NCBI GenBank assembly: GCA_043228905.1
Contig: JBHGNT010000017.1
Coordinates: forward strand, 16,368,001 to 16,432,000
DNA from: Azolla caroliniana
Taxonomy: Eukaryota; Plantae; Polypodiophyta
Direction of reading: 5' to 3'
Length of the DNA stretch: 64,000 bases
Part shown: positions 51,750 to 64,000 of the stretch, piece by piece
How the letters are laid out: each line of letters opens with the position of its first letter
Position numbering within the stretch: position 1 is the stretch's first letter
Program-made: the position numbers and the translations under genes
Notes under the pieces: generated by a model
What the model was told of the DNA's origin: nothing
The model's input: only the letters and a program-made list of their open reading frames with translations
The model's database searches: none

Positions 51750-52690
51750 TAACCTTCTCTCTACTCTTAGAGAGACAATGCCAGTCATACTTTCAAGGGC
51801 CACAGGCTAAGGGGTGGCTCTTCGACTCATTAGTGACCCCTTCCCTCATGTATGCATCAGTGGTTTGGGTTCCAGGGCTGCCATCTTTCATGTGGACGCA
51901 ATTAGAGAGGCCATGGTGATGATGTTATCACGTCAACTCCGAAGCAAATCGACAGTACCATATGACATTATTAGAGTTGAGTTCACTTTACCCCCAATGT
52001 TAGTAGAAACAATTTTTCAACTTGTAATCTTTATTCATAGGATACATAGCCAACCACATGATAGGATATCTCATCAAGCTTTTGAGGCATCTCGATCACT
52101 CTATGAGTCCGGCTATACTAGCTCATAGTATGGCATGATGGTGCGTTGGCTTCTTGCAAACGGTCTAGAAATTAATAACCTACCTCCCCTTAGGTACAAC
52201 CACGTGATTGATAAAACTTTAATCTCTCATGAGGACCGTAATAAAGGAATACGCCAAGAAATATGGCAAATATACACTCGTTATAAATGGATAGCCCCAC
52301 TAGAGCCACTCCCATCTAAAATGTTGTACAATAAGGAACACTTCATGCACTTCTCTAAGTTAGGTTTTATTACACGACCAAAATATCTCGATGCATTCTC
52401 ACCAAATGCATTAAGGGTTGCCATTGGACAACTTAGAATATCATCTCACCAACTTGAGATTGACAATGGTCGTAATAATGGAGTTCCTTGAGAGGAAAGG
52501 ATATGTAGATTACATCACATAGAGATAGAGGATGAGCACCACTTTACATGCAAGTGTCCAACTTATGCCAAGATAAGGGCAAAATACGGAGACATACTCG
52601 GACCCTCTCCCACCCTCCCCAAACTATTAGATACTCTAGATATAAAGAAATTAGGCAGATATATCTTAGAGCTAAAACAACATAGAAAGA
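51750..52690 (+). mobile_element. 5'-truncated LINE ORF2 C-terminus (RTEX/CR1-group-like), decayed
   Basis: LFDSLVTPSLMY..VW; LRISSHQLEIDNGR; RIC..IEDEHHF..CPTY..IR zinc-finger region. Confidence 0.7.
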
Positions 52691-52790
52691 AAGAAAGAAA
52701 GAAAGATATATTAACGTCTTCTAAGGCCAAATTTGGCCCATGAGACAAATGGTTTACAACAAAAAATGTGATATTTACCCATTCATCGAG
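52683..52790 (-). repeat. ~110-bp dispersed repeat with (TTTC)n tail; second copy at ~58370-58478 (+)
   Basis: TGTCTCATGGGCCAA..TTTGGCCTTAGAAGACGTTAATATATCTTTCTTTC in both copies. Confidence 0.75.
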
Positions 52791-52878
52791 AGTAAAAAAT
52801 AAATAAAAATAAGATAAAAATAAATAGAGAGAATAAGCTACAAAATGTTGACAATAACATTTCTAATATTCACCAACA

Positions 52879-53475
52879 TGTAACAAATGAAGTTTTTCAA
52901 GGACAGGAGGAGACGGAAAATGTGGACACACCTGCAACACTCGGCCTCTTCCTTGATGAAGCAAAAAACAAAGAAGAACCAAACACCCTCAGATGTCGGG
53001 TTTCAAAGCAACTCGATGTGGTGTAGAAGCAATTAGGAAAATAAGGGAATGTGAGCTACACCGCCTAGAAGCCATGGTTGGGGTACCTTCTACACCAGGA
53101 CCACGGGTCACACCCACACCAAAACCCTTTGACGTCCCACTTCTTTTCAAGAGGCTTGCCGATGGAAACGAAACTAGGCCTAGTACTAAAGAGAATAACG
53201 TGGAATATTGCTCAGCCACAACCAAGTCTTGAATCACTTCAATGAGAATCAAACACAGAAATGGGAAGTAGGGAGTGAACACACGTACACACACAAACAA
53301 TGATAGAGGATCCACAAAATGTTTACATGGAAAACCCTAATAGGGAAAAAACCATGGGAGCCCACAAACTCCAAACTATCACTATATAAGAAAGGTAGAA
53401 ATTGAGACTCGGAGGCAACGACCTCAAGCTCTGTATCTTCGCTAGCCGGCGGTTACAACAGAGTATCGCTCTATA

Positions 53476-53525
<50 letters not shown>

Positions 53526-56500
53526 CAACAGTTATACACATACAACAATATGACAACAACATTCTTCAAAGTGATTGCCCTAAGTCATATTTATACTTAT
53601 ATGAACTTAGGGCTATTTACAAATATAGCCTCAAAAGGCTTACTCAAAACATATTTACAAATATGTCTTCTCTTCCGATTCTCACCGGGTCCATCTGATC
53701 CGGTTTCCGGATCTCTTCCGGTTCTCACCAGGTCCTCTTCATTCATAATGGGATCCCATCTGAAGGGATCGACTTCCCAACAATCTCCCCCTTCACTCCA
53801 GCATGGGATGTCTCGTCAGCCCAATCCGCTTTCAGCATGCATCCAACTTGTCGGTTGTCAACACCTTGATCACAATATCTGACCCATTCTCCTCCGTGTG
53901 GATCTTCGTAAACATGAACTCTTGATCTTCTACTCTCTCCCAGATCCAGTGGTACCTCTGCCGAATATGTTTCGTTCGGGAATGGTAGGCCGCGTTCTTT
54001 GCAAGGGAGATGGCACTTTGTCTGTTGTTGTAGGGCCGGTATTCCTCCTGTTGGATCCCTAGCTCTCCGATGAAGTCCTTCATCCAAATTATCTCCTTGT
54101 CGGCTTCCACAACTGCCATGTACTCCGCTTCCGTGGTTGACAACGCAACCGTCTTCTATAGCTTCGGCTGCAATGAAACAGCTCCCCCTCCATAAGTCAT
54201 GACATATCCAAATGTAGACCGGCTGGTATTTGCATCAACCAACATATCTGAATCGGTAAATTCTTCCAAGAGGGGTTTACTGAAGCCGAATCGAAAGCAC
54301 ATACTCGAGGTGCCTTTCATATACCGGAGTATCCACTTGACCGCATTCCAGTGCTCTCTTTTGGGATTGCTCATGAACCGGCTCACCACTCCGACTGCAT
54401 ATCCGATATCTGGTCGGGTACATACCATCGTGTACATCAAGCTTCCGACAGAAAAGGCATATGGTATCTTCATCATATCTGTCTTCTCCGCCTTTGTCCT
54501 CGGGCTTTGTTTTCCGAATAGCTTGCAGTTTTCTGGAAGTGTCGATGTGACCGGTTTCGCCTCCGACATGTTGAACTGTTGAAACACCTTTGTCATGTAC
54601 TTCTCCTGTGACAACCACAACAGCTTCTTCGATTGGTCACGGATTATGTGCATTCCCAATTTCTGTCTTGCCGGACCCAAGTCTTTCATTGAGAAGGTCC
54701 GATTCAGGGCCTTCTTCAACATTTGAATCTTACCTTGGTCTCGTCCGACGATCAACATATCATTCACATATAGGAGGGGTATCAGGAAATCTCCTCCATC
54801 AAATTTCTTCACAAACACGCAGTGATTAGCATGCGTCTTGTGGTACCCTTGGTCGGTCATGAAGGAGTCGAACTTCCGGTACCATTGTCGGGGAGCTTGC
54901 TTTAGTCCGTATAAGCTCTTCTTCAACCGGCACACCAAATGCTCCTTCCCCTTCTTCACAAATCCTTCTGGTTGTTGCATGTAGATCTCCTATTCGAGGT
55001 CACCATGGAGAAACATTGTCTTTACGTCTAGTTGCTCTACCTCGAGGTCCATGCTTGCCGCTATGATCAACACCGTCCGGATGGAAGTTATCTTAACTAC
55101 CGAGACAAAGATCTCGTTGAAATCCACCCCTTTCTTCTGTTGGAACCCCTTCACCACGATCCGGGCTTTTTATCTCGGTGGGTTTCTGGCATCTCCCGGT
55201 TTCATCTTGTACACCCACTTGTTCTAAAGTGCCCTCTTTCCTTTCGGCAATTCCGTCAATTCATACATGTGGTTCTCATGTAGGGAATCCATCTCATCCT
55301 GCATGGCACTCAACCACTTGCGGTTGTGGGTGTCTCTCTTTGCTTCTTCGAAACTTTCTGGCTCCCTCTCATTGATTAGCAACACATGCTCTGCATTTGG
55401 AAATCTCCGGGGAGCTCTTCTCTCTCGGAGAGGATCTCTCCGTCCCTGGTTTCTGACTACCGGTTCCTACGTTTGCTCCAAATCCGAATCCAATTCGGGA
55501 TCTTGTCCGGTTCGGGTGTCTTCTTCTTCTTTTTCTTCTTCGGTCGGTTCGGTTTCTTGTCTGTATCCGGCCGGTTCGTCGAGTGTCATCCGGTTACCGG
55601 CTAACATCTGGTTTTCAACCGGGTAAGTCTTTGTGTCCTCAAAACGGTTTTCATTGGATGATCTAGAGTTCATCATCTTCTTCTCTGAATCCCAGTCAGT
55701 AATGGTCCTGTCTTCCATGAAGACTATGTCCCGACTCTGGAACACCTTCTTATCGACCAGATCCCACACTCGGTAACCGAACTCATCATTGTCATATCCA
55801 AGGAATATGCATGGCTGGGACTTAGGATCCAACTTTTCTCTCTTGTCCTTCGCCACATGCACTGAAGCGAGATATCTGAACACCTTTGGATGCCGGTAGG
55901 ATACGTCCTTAACAATCCACACTCTTTGCGGTGTGTCTCCTTCCAAGGGTACTGAGGGTGATCTGTTTATCACATAGGTTGCCATCGTTAGTGCCTCAGC
56001 CCCAAAACGTCTTGGGTAACTTTACATGTGCCAGTATGCTCCGGACCCTCTCCATCACGGTTCGGTTCATATGTTCGGCCAGCACATTCAATTCCGGCAT
56101 CTTCGGCACGGTGAATTCGAGCTGGATTCCCTTCGACCAGCAGTACTCCTCAAACTGCCCCCGGTATTCTCCTCCGTTGTCCGCTCAAACCACCTTCAGC
56201 TTCCATCCGGTTTCTCTTTCCACTCTCGTGTGGAGCTCCTTGAAGACGAATAGCACTTGATCCTTTGTCTTCATGGGTGAGACCCACAGCTTCCAGCTGT
56301 GGTCATCTATGAACATAACGAAGTACTGTGATCTGGCATGTGACTCCGTGTCCACTTGACACACATCGGTATGCACCAGCTTCAATGGTGCATTCGGTCT
56401 CATCGGTGGTCTTGACCGGATGGAGGTTCAGTTTTGCTTGCCGGCCAAGCAATCAATGCACTTCTCAAGTTGCACGTCCTTCACCGGAATGAGATTGTCT

Positions 56501-57970
56501 TCGACAAGTCTCTTCATCCCCTTTGGACTGGTTGATATCAGGTTCAGTCGAACCTCGAGGACGTGCCGAACATCCTTCAGTAGCAACTTGCATCCGGTTG
56601 ATGTAGTCATCAACACATCTCCTATGTCGACAATTTGCCAAGTACCTTCATTCCCCATTCGGACACAACCATGATCTCCGGTTGTGTAGGATGAGAAACA
56701 TCTCCGGTCCGGTGTAAGATGGAACGATGCTCCGGAATCTACAACCCACGTTGTCTCATCGCCGACAAGGTTTAACTCATTCTCCTCGGTAATGAGCATC
56801 AGTTCTTCTTCACTTGTCGCGACTACCAAAGTTACCTTCCGATCCGGGCCTCTCTAGCCCGAACTCTTTCCTGAATCGGTAGTGTTGGTTTCTTTCTCTT
56901 TCTGGAAATGCCAAAAGTTCTTCTGGAAGTGACCCGGCTTCCCACAGTAGAAGCAAGTAGGCCTCCCCCTTGACTTCGACCTCATCCCCGATTTGTCCCA
57001 GTTTTGCGGACTCTGATACCGGCCTCTTCCCCGATTGTGGTCATCTTCCATAACCAAGGCCTTTGGATTGGTTCCGGACTCCTGGTCCTTCCAGTGAGCT
57101 TCTTCATCTAGCAAGCTTGACTTGACTCTTGCTAGGAACAATTGGTTTCCTTCCGGCCCGGCGTTGCCCAACGTGACAACTAGCATCTCCCAACTATCTG
57201 GGAGGGAACCGAGCAGGAGTAATGCGAGTACCTCATCGGCGAGAGGTACTTCCAACGAGGTGGCTTGATGTATCAACCCCTGGAAGACATTCATGTGCTC
57301 CGCCATACTAGAGCCGTCTTGGTACCGGAGCCTCACTAGCTTCCGGAATACCAAAACCCGATTAACGGCATTCTTTTTCTGAAACATGATGTCGATCTTC
57401 TCCCAGAGTTCATGAGCCTTGCTCTCTTCATTGAAGTTGTTGTACAGGCTCATGTCGATGAAGCACCAGATGTATGCCGTCGTCTTCATGTGCATCACCT
57501 CCCACACTGTGGCGTCGATCTTATCTGGTCTCGTGTCCCCGAATTGAACCGGAAACCAAAGATCTTTAACCACCAGCATATCCCTCATCTTCGACTTCCA
57601 CACTGAGTAGTTGGATCCGGTGAGCTTGAACATGCCGCAGAACGATTCTTCCATTTCCTGTGTTGTTTGCTCGGATACCATATTGAAGAGAATAACACGG
57701 AATATTGCTCGGCCACAACCAAGTCTTGAATCACTTCGATGAGAATCAAACACAGAAATGGGAAGTAGGGGGTGAACGCACGTACACACACAAACAACGA
57801 TAGAGGATACACAAAATGTTTACGTGGAAAACCCTAATAGGGAAAAAACCATGGGAGCCCACAGACTCCAAACTATCACTATATAAGAAAGGTACAAACT
57901 GAGACTCGGAGGCAACGACCTCGAGCTCTGTATCGTCGCCAGCCGGCGATTACAACAGAGTGTCGCTCTG

Positions 57971-58033
<63 letters not shown>

Positions 58034-61000
58034 GTTAGACACATACAACAATATGACAACAACATTCTTCAAAGTGATTGCCCTAAGTCATATTTATACT
58101 TATATGAACTTAGGGCTATTTACAAATATAGCCTCAAAAGGCTTAGTCAAAACATATTTACAAATATGTCTTCTCTTCCGGTTCTCACCGGATCCATCTG
58201 ATCCGGTTTCCAAAACTCTTCCAGTTCACACCGGGTTCTCTTCATTTATAACCAGATCCCATCCGGAGGGACCGACTTCCCAACAAGTACAAAGTCCTTT
58301 CCTTTATCGAATATGTTACACCATAACAAGCTTTGTACAATACTAGAACTCTTTTAGCTTAAGTTCTACTTCTTTTTCTTTTTATGATTGGGTAAATACC
58401 CTATTTTGTTGTACACTAATTGTCTCATGGGCCAATTTTTGGCCTTAGAAGACGTTAATATATCTTTCTTTCTTTCTACGCTCTCTTACTACAACGATCT
58501 CTTGGGAAGAGGTGGAGACTTAACTACCTACCAACTACGTGTCATAAGAGTTAAGTTCTATGATACATTAGTTATGATACAGAGTAGTGGGGTCTTCACA
58601 CACTTGGATGTTCCTAGGGTGTATTCCCACACTAGGGAAGTTAAGTTTTATTCTCAACACGCCCCTTCAAACACAACTTCCGGTCACCAGATAGTTGGCT
58701 TGGGTCTTGAATAGTCTAGTATCCGACTTCGGTCACTTTGTTCTTTGTATTCGTTCCGCGCTGTCTAGTTCTATGCCTTCTTTATGCTCACTCCATGTCG
58801 GGTGAGGGCTCCTCGCTCCCCCTCGAGCTCAGTTGGTTAGTAATCGAGAGTCCTAGGTTCGTCGTGAACTACCACAGCTTGTCGACTCCTAGAGCCTTCA
58901 TGAAGATATCGGTCGTCTGAAGGCTCATGCCTATATGTTGTAGGTTGACATCTCTAGCGAGGACACGTTCTCAAATGAAGATATAATGCACCTTTATGTG
59001 CTTAGTCCGAGCGTGGAAAACCGGGTTCTGAGCTAGGTGAATACTGCTCATGTTGTCGTAGTATAGGAGGATTGGATCTTTGATGGAGAAATCTAGATCC
59101 TTGAGAATCCTCTTGAGCCATACGGCTTCACATGCTACCCTGGTTGCATCCTTGTATTCGGCCTCTGTGCTCAATAGTGCGATTTTCAACTACTTCTTAT
59201 TGCTCTAGGATATGGCTCTGCTGCCGAGGGAGAAGATGAATCCGAAGGTTGATCGTCAGCTTTGTAGTCGACCCAGTTGGCATCAGTGTACCCTTCGAGT
59301 TGAATCGGTGTGGCCGATTTGTAAAGGATGCCATAATCCATCGTCCCACTTACATACCTTAGCACTCACTTAGCACATGCCAAATGAATGTCGCGAGGTG
59401 TCTGCATAAACTGGCTAAGGAGGTTGACCTATTAGCTGAGGTTGATTTGTGTAATAGTGAGATAGATTAGGCGGCTTGTCAGTTGATGATAGTGAGTCGG
59501 CTCACACTCTTTTGTGCCAAAGTCTGCATCTAGCTTTAGGTTTCTATCGAGAGGCATTGCCACATATTTGCACTCTGTCATCCCGAATTTGTACAATAAG
59601 TTGAGAATGTAGTGTCATCAAGAGATCATAATCCTGGTTAAGGTCAGAATTACTTCTATACGTAGAAAGTAATGGAGCTCCTTCATGTCCTTCATTGATA
59701 TTGGCTTTGTGCTCTCCTCCAATGACTAAGTCGTTGATGTATATTATGATGAATATCTGTCCTCTGGAATCACTACGCATGCACAGGGAATTATCAAACT
59801 TGGACATTTTGAAGCTGATTTGGTGAAAATATTGGGTTACCTTCAAGTGCCAAGCTTTAGGTGCCTGCTTGAGGCCATAGAAAGGCTTTTTGAGTCGGCA
59901 GACTGCTTGCGGGTGTGTACTCGACTTAAAGCCAAGAGGTTGTACCATCTACACCTTGTCATCTAATTCACCTTGAAGAAAGGCATTCTTTACGTCCATT
60001 TGATGAAGGTGTCATTCTTTGGTTCACGCAAGTGCGATTATAGTCCGAATTGTTGTCATCTTTGCCACAGGGGCAAAGGTCTGTTCGTAATTGACTTCAT
60101 GTGTTTGTGCATAGCCCTTTGCGTCGAGTCTAGCCTTATACCAATTGATGGTGCCGTCTACATTATGCTTCACTATATTCACCAGCGACCAATTGCCTTC
60201 AGGTGGGATGAAGAGGGGACAAGGTCCCAGGTTTTGTTCTTACCGAGGGATTGCATTTCTTTGTTCATCGCTTCGACCCATTGTGGATCCTTAGCTACTT
60301 CAGCAAAACATTTCGGCTCCCGAACTATCGCCACCTTCATCATAAAGGCATAGTGGTATGCCATGTAGTCGTTGTAGCCAAATCGACTGACTATGTTCTT
60401 TTCTCAGGTGGAGTGACGGAGTTTTTAATTAGCCATTGTGAGGTCTTTCTTCGCTCTAGGTGTCCTCATGATAGGCACATAAAATTCAGCATACTCATTG
60501 TCGAGTGAGTGAGTTGATTTGTTTCCATCAGATTGGTCATCTTTGTATTCCAGCATTTTGGGCTTCCCTTTGTCTGATATTGTACTTGACTGTGACATGC
60601 ATTAATTTCTCAAAGGCTCTTGAGTTCCACTCAACCGGGTTGAGATTGGACTTTCCTCTAGTGTAGGTATCAGCCAATCATCCTCCTATGAGTCTATGTC
60701 GAGATTGATCGTGATCGGTTCTGATGGAGCCAGCACAGGTTTATACCATGATGCCAATTTGTCAAATACGACATCCCTATTCACTCATACCTTCCTAGTA
60801 GATGGGTTAAAACATTTGTATCTCTTTTGTTCAAGGGAGTGGCCCACGAGAATACACTTTTCCAATTTTGGATCAAGCTTCTATCGCTTTTCATCAGGAA
60901 TGTGCACGTATGCAATGATGCCGAATATCCATAGGTGGGATAGATCTGACTTTCTTCCATAACACTTCTCGTGGGGGGTCATGTCGTGCACTCCGGAGTT

Positions 61001-61806
61001 TGTGCACCTGTTCATTAGGTAGACGGCAGTATGTGCCGCTTCAGCCCAGTATGACTTTAGCAGCTTTTTCTCGTTCATCATAGCCCTGGTCAACTCTAAT
61101 ATGTGCCGATTTTTCCTTTCGGCTACTCCATTTTTTAAGGTGTATGTCGGCAAGTGGATTCACACCAAATTCCTTCTTGTTGAAGGTATGCACTAATGGT
61201 GTTTGAGAAGTATCCTTTACCTCCGGCCAACCGAAGGCATCGAACATGCCGACCTATTTCCTTCTTTACTCCACTTTTGAATTTTTGGAAGTGTGCGAAC
61301 ACTTCAGTCTTCTACCTCATGGGGAAGATCCAAGTGTGCCTAGAGAAGTCGCCGATTAATGTGACATAGTATCGACATCCTCCAAATGTTTCCGTCTAAG
61401 CTAAACCCCACACATCTGAGTGGATTACGTCAAGGAGGCCTTTGCTTAAATTCCTCTCTTTCGGGAACAAGTGTTGATGTTGTTTGCCAAATTGACAGGC
61501 TACACACCTGTCTTTGAAAGTTGGGAGTCCTAGAATGACTCCTTTTGACAGCATGCCCTTAGCTTTTGGAGATTGATATGGCTGATTCTTTTGTGCCATA
61601 ACTCTACGTTGGTGCCGGCTTTATGGCCCTTTGTGAACATGGCTGATTTTACCTCGTTTGACTCAAGGATAAACATTCTTCTTTCTCTTTGACCGTGAGT
61701 GATGAGTCGGCCTTGCTTCTCAATGAAGCAACCGCCTCGATTGAATTGGACTTGCATGCATTGCTCCATGATTTGGCCCACTGAGACCAAATTCTTCGTT
61801 ATGGTT
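52879..61806 (-). mobile_element. Element J: decayed copia (C-related); 3' LTR ~52879-58659 split by I; 5' part interrupted at 61807
   Basis: Minus-strand GAG-pre-integrase, integrase (HSDVWG, NGVAERKNRH), RT, RNase H; PPT then TGTTGAG at 58659. The LTR end at 52879 is tentative. Confidence 0.8.
53187..58285 (-). mobile_element. Element I: near full-length decayed Ty1/copia (Tnt1/Tork-like)
   Basis: LTRs 57684-58285 and 53187-53782; TSD AGTAC; PBS TGGTATCCGAGC (57669-57680); PPT GAAGGGGGAGAT. gag CFYCGKPGH, WVVDSGAS, integrase, RT, RNase H, with stops. Confidence 0.93.
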
Positions 61807-62055
61807 TGTAAAGAATTAGATGTTGAAGGTCTTGAACAACAGACACATCCGGCTCAACCAAATACCACGAGATAGTTAGGTATACACAGAGAGTGAGTGA
61901 GAGAGAGAGACTGAGTAGAACAGACAACAAACTTTTCTATTAAAAAATATGACTCAGTACATAGTACATACATTTGTTCTCCTAGAGCACTCTTTATACA
62001 AGTCTTGATAGTGGGCTGACACAAGTATGTGAATGCTCATAAATGAGCATGTGAT
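61807..62055 (-). mobile_element. 3' part of a C-related LTR inserted in J
   Basis: Reverse complement shares GCTCATTTATGAGCA, ACTTGTGTCAGCCCA and CTTGTATAAA.AGTGCTC with the C LTR; ends CA. Confidence 0.7.
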
Positions 62056-62830
62056 TGTCATAGACATATATATGGAGGTAGGGCTTGAACCCATGAGCTC
62101 CTGGTCTCCATTGGGCAACCTCCATCTATGCATCCTTGTATAAAATCCAACTTCATGTATTGTAGATTGAACATTGGAAGTTTCCTAGCTTGCATGCATC
62201 CTAATGCATTCTCTATTCCTAGCTTCCATGCATTCTCTATTCCTACCTAGCATGCATACCTCTACCCTCTTGTATAAATACTTAGGTGCAACTTGATTCT
62301 AATCAAGGTGAAGAACATCAGTTATGGAATCATAAGTTGAGTTCTTGTTCTTTTTTCTCTTGTCTATTCTCTCTCTTAGTACTTAGTCTCGTCTTGGTTC
62401 TACTCTATTCTACTCGTTCGTGCCAGTTTGTTCACCTTCCTCTTCTTGCTACCATGTCCGACTCCGTCGACAACCTAAACCCTGTAATGGCAGTCTTGCA
62501 ACAGCTTCAACTAGAAAAGGAAATCCAAGGTTCGGGAATCATTACGAGAGCTTCAAATCGGCACATCCCAAAACCCGCCACCTGTCGATCCACACATGCC
62601 ATTGACATCTCGCCCAACCATTTCTCCTTCCCATCCATATTTCCTCGAACCTACTATTAGTCTACTTGACAAATTCAACGGCACAAGGGCATATCTTTGT
62701 GGCTTCATCAATCAAATTCGGCTTATCATCCGTTTACAGCCCCAACGATATGCTAGCGATTTTTCTTGGGTCGACACCCTTCTCTCCAGGCCGGCACAAG
62801 CATGGTTTGCGTCATTGGTAGAGACCTCAT
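62056..62830 (+). mobile_element. Element G: 5' LTR (62056-62425) and gag start of a second Tcn1-like family
   Basis: TGTCA...GCCA; TATA 62273; gag from ATG 62454, homologous to D gag (KFNGTR..L.GFINQIRL; AQAWFA). Confidence 0.75.
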
Positions 62831-63037
62831 TGTCGAATACGTGTTTCTAATGGTTGTATTCACACTATCCCTTGGACAAATTAGGTTCAGGACAATTCTA
62901 TAAATATGTCAAAGGGTAGTTGCCCTAGCTCAGTTAGTATATAACTAACTTCGTAACCTAGCTAATAAGGTTGTTGCCTCCATTTGTTGTAACATAGAGT
63001 TCGAAGAATACAGTTACATATTGTGTGCCTCTTTGTT

Positions 63038-63073
<36 letters not shown>

Positions 63074-63400
63074 GTCTCCTTGATCTTGCTTTACTATGCT
63101 AACTTGATGATCTTCTAAGCATGGATGTTGTTCTTGTTTCCGCACTGACGATCTGAAACTCCAACATCTGGTATCATAGCCAAGTTATTCAACTCACTAC
63201 TGGCTGTCATTTGTTTTCAACAGCATTCTTGCCCCCACCTTCTTGAAGACCCTGAGTTCAAGATCTCATCTTGAGAAGAGAAATAAAACTAAAGATTTGC
63301 ACTCTACTGATCTAGATCACTCTTAAGGTAAGCCAACCGGATGTACCTTACTTCTGTGATTATAGCCACTCAGAGTGGAATCTCTATCAAATCGACCTCG
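62831..63400 (+). mobile_element. Element H: 5' LTR (62831-63166) with iMet-type PBS; internal extent unknown
   Basis: TGTCG...CAACA, then TC-TGGTATCATAGCC (63169-63181); interrupts G gag. Confidence 0.7.
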
Positions 63401-64000
63401 ATTGTGATTTACCAGGTTAGACATTGTCTATTCGTTTGTTGTAACCACTCAAAGCAGATCCAGCTCTAGGAGCAACCTCATATTTGCTTCACTTGGCTAA
63501 ACGAAATACGGGAAGAATAGTTTAACTATGTCCCTCTAATCGTCGTAGTCACTTGAACCAAGATCGACTTGAAAAGAAGGCACATAATCTGTGATCGTCC
63601 TCTAAAAATTGGTATTCAGAACCTATTTGGCATATAGTTGTGCTCAACTCAACTAAACAATATTCGGGAAGACTAGTCGGTTTTGTCCCTCCACTCACTA
63701 TAGCCATTTGGTGCAAACTCACTATCCAATAGTCATTCGAAACCCAATCAGCAAACTCGTGTCCAAATCCGGCTAGAACGAATTTGGGTGAGCTAGTTGG
63801 TCGGGTCACGAAAGCACTAACAGTCGAAGACATGGAGAGTCGATAGCAGATGATCTAAGTAAAAAACAAGACCGACTAGTCGGGCCGACTGGACAACTGA
63901 CACAGGAGTCGGCTAATTGGATCAACTAGCCGATCAGTCGTTGGCCACCATCAGACAGTGTGTAGATGTCAATGTCCTTCAACATGTGGCGAACGACACA

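Noticed and set aside
52683-58478. Giant TIR element defined by the inverted ~110-bp repeats
   Set aside because: No shared TSD; each copy sits in a different host context, and the interior is explained by elements I and J.
63549-64000. Minus-strand ORF and TGGTGGCC as a further element's gag and PBS
   Set aside because: No diagnostic motif or clear LTR boundary within the window.

Overview
Eukaryotic, repeat-dense land-plant DNA, most likely a non-seed plant (inferred from Tcn1-like chromoviruses). It contains one intact host gene, a 7-exon ACOS5-type acyl-CoA synthetase (47009-50600). The gene sits between deep nests of decayed LTR retrotransposons whose LTRs, PBS, PPT and TSDs can mostly be read directly. 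Bases 1-6730 repeat 10457-17186 across a 100-N gap, probably an assembly artefact. Highlights: (1) tRNA-derived Pol III A/B-box modules inside the LTRs of several gypsy families. (2) Tf1-style self-priming with covarying primer/PBS pairs in two chromovirus families. (3) A gypsy lineage with a tRNA-Trp PBS, 4-bp NCGT TSDs, a DHG protease and a candidate -1 frameshift between protease and RT. (4) A 7.9-kb TIR element carrying an intronless GRP7-like retrocopy. (5) Copia elements with two PPT motifs. Element letters (A-K) are my own labels; lineage names come from motif recognition, not database searches.
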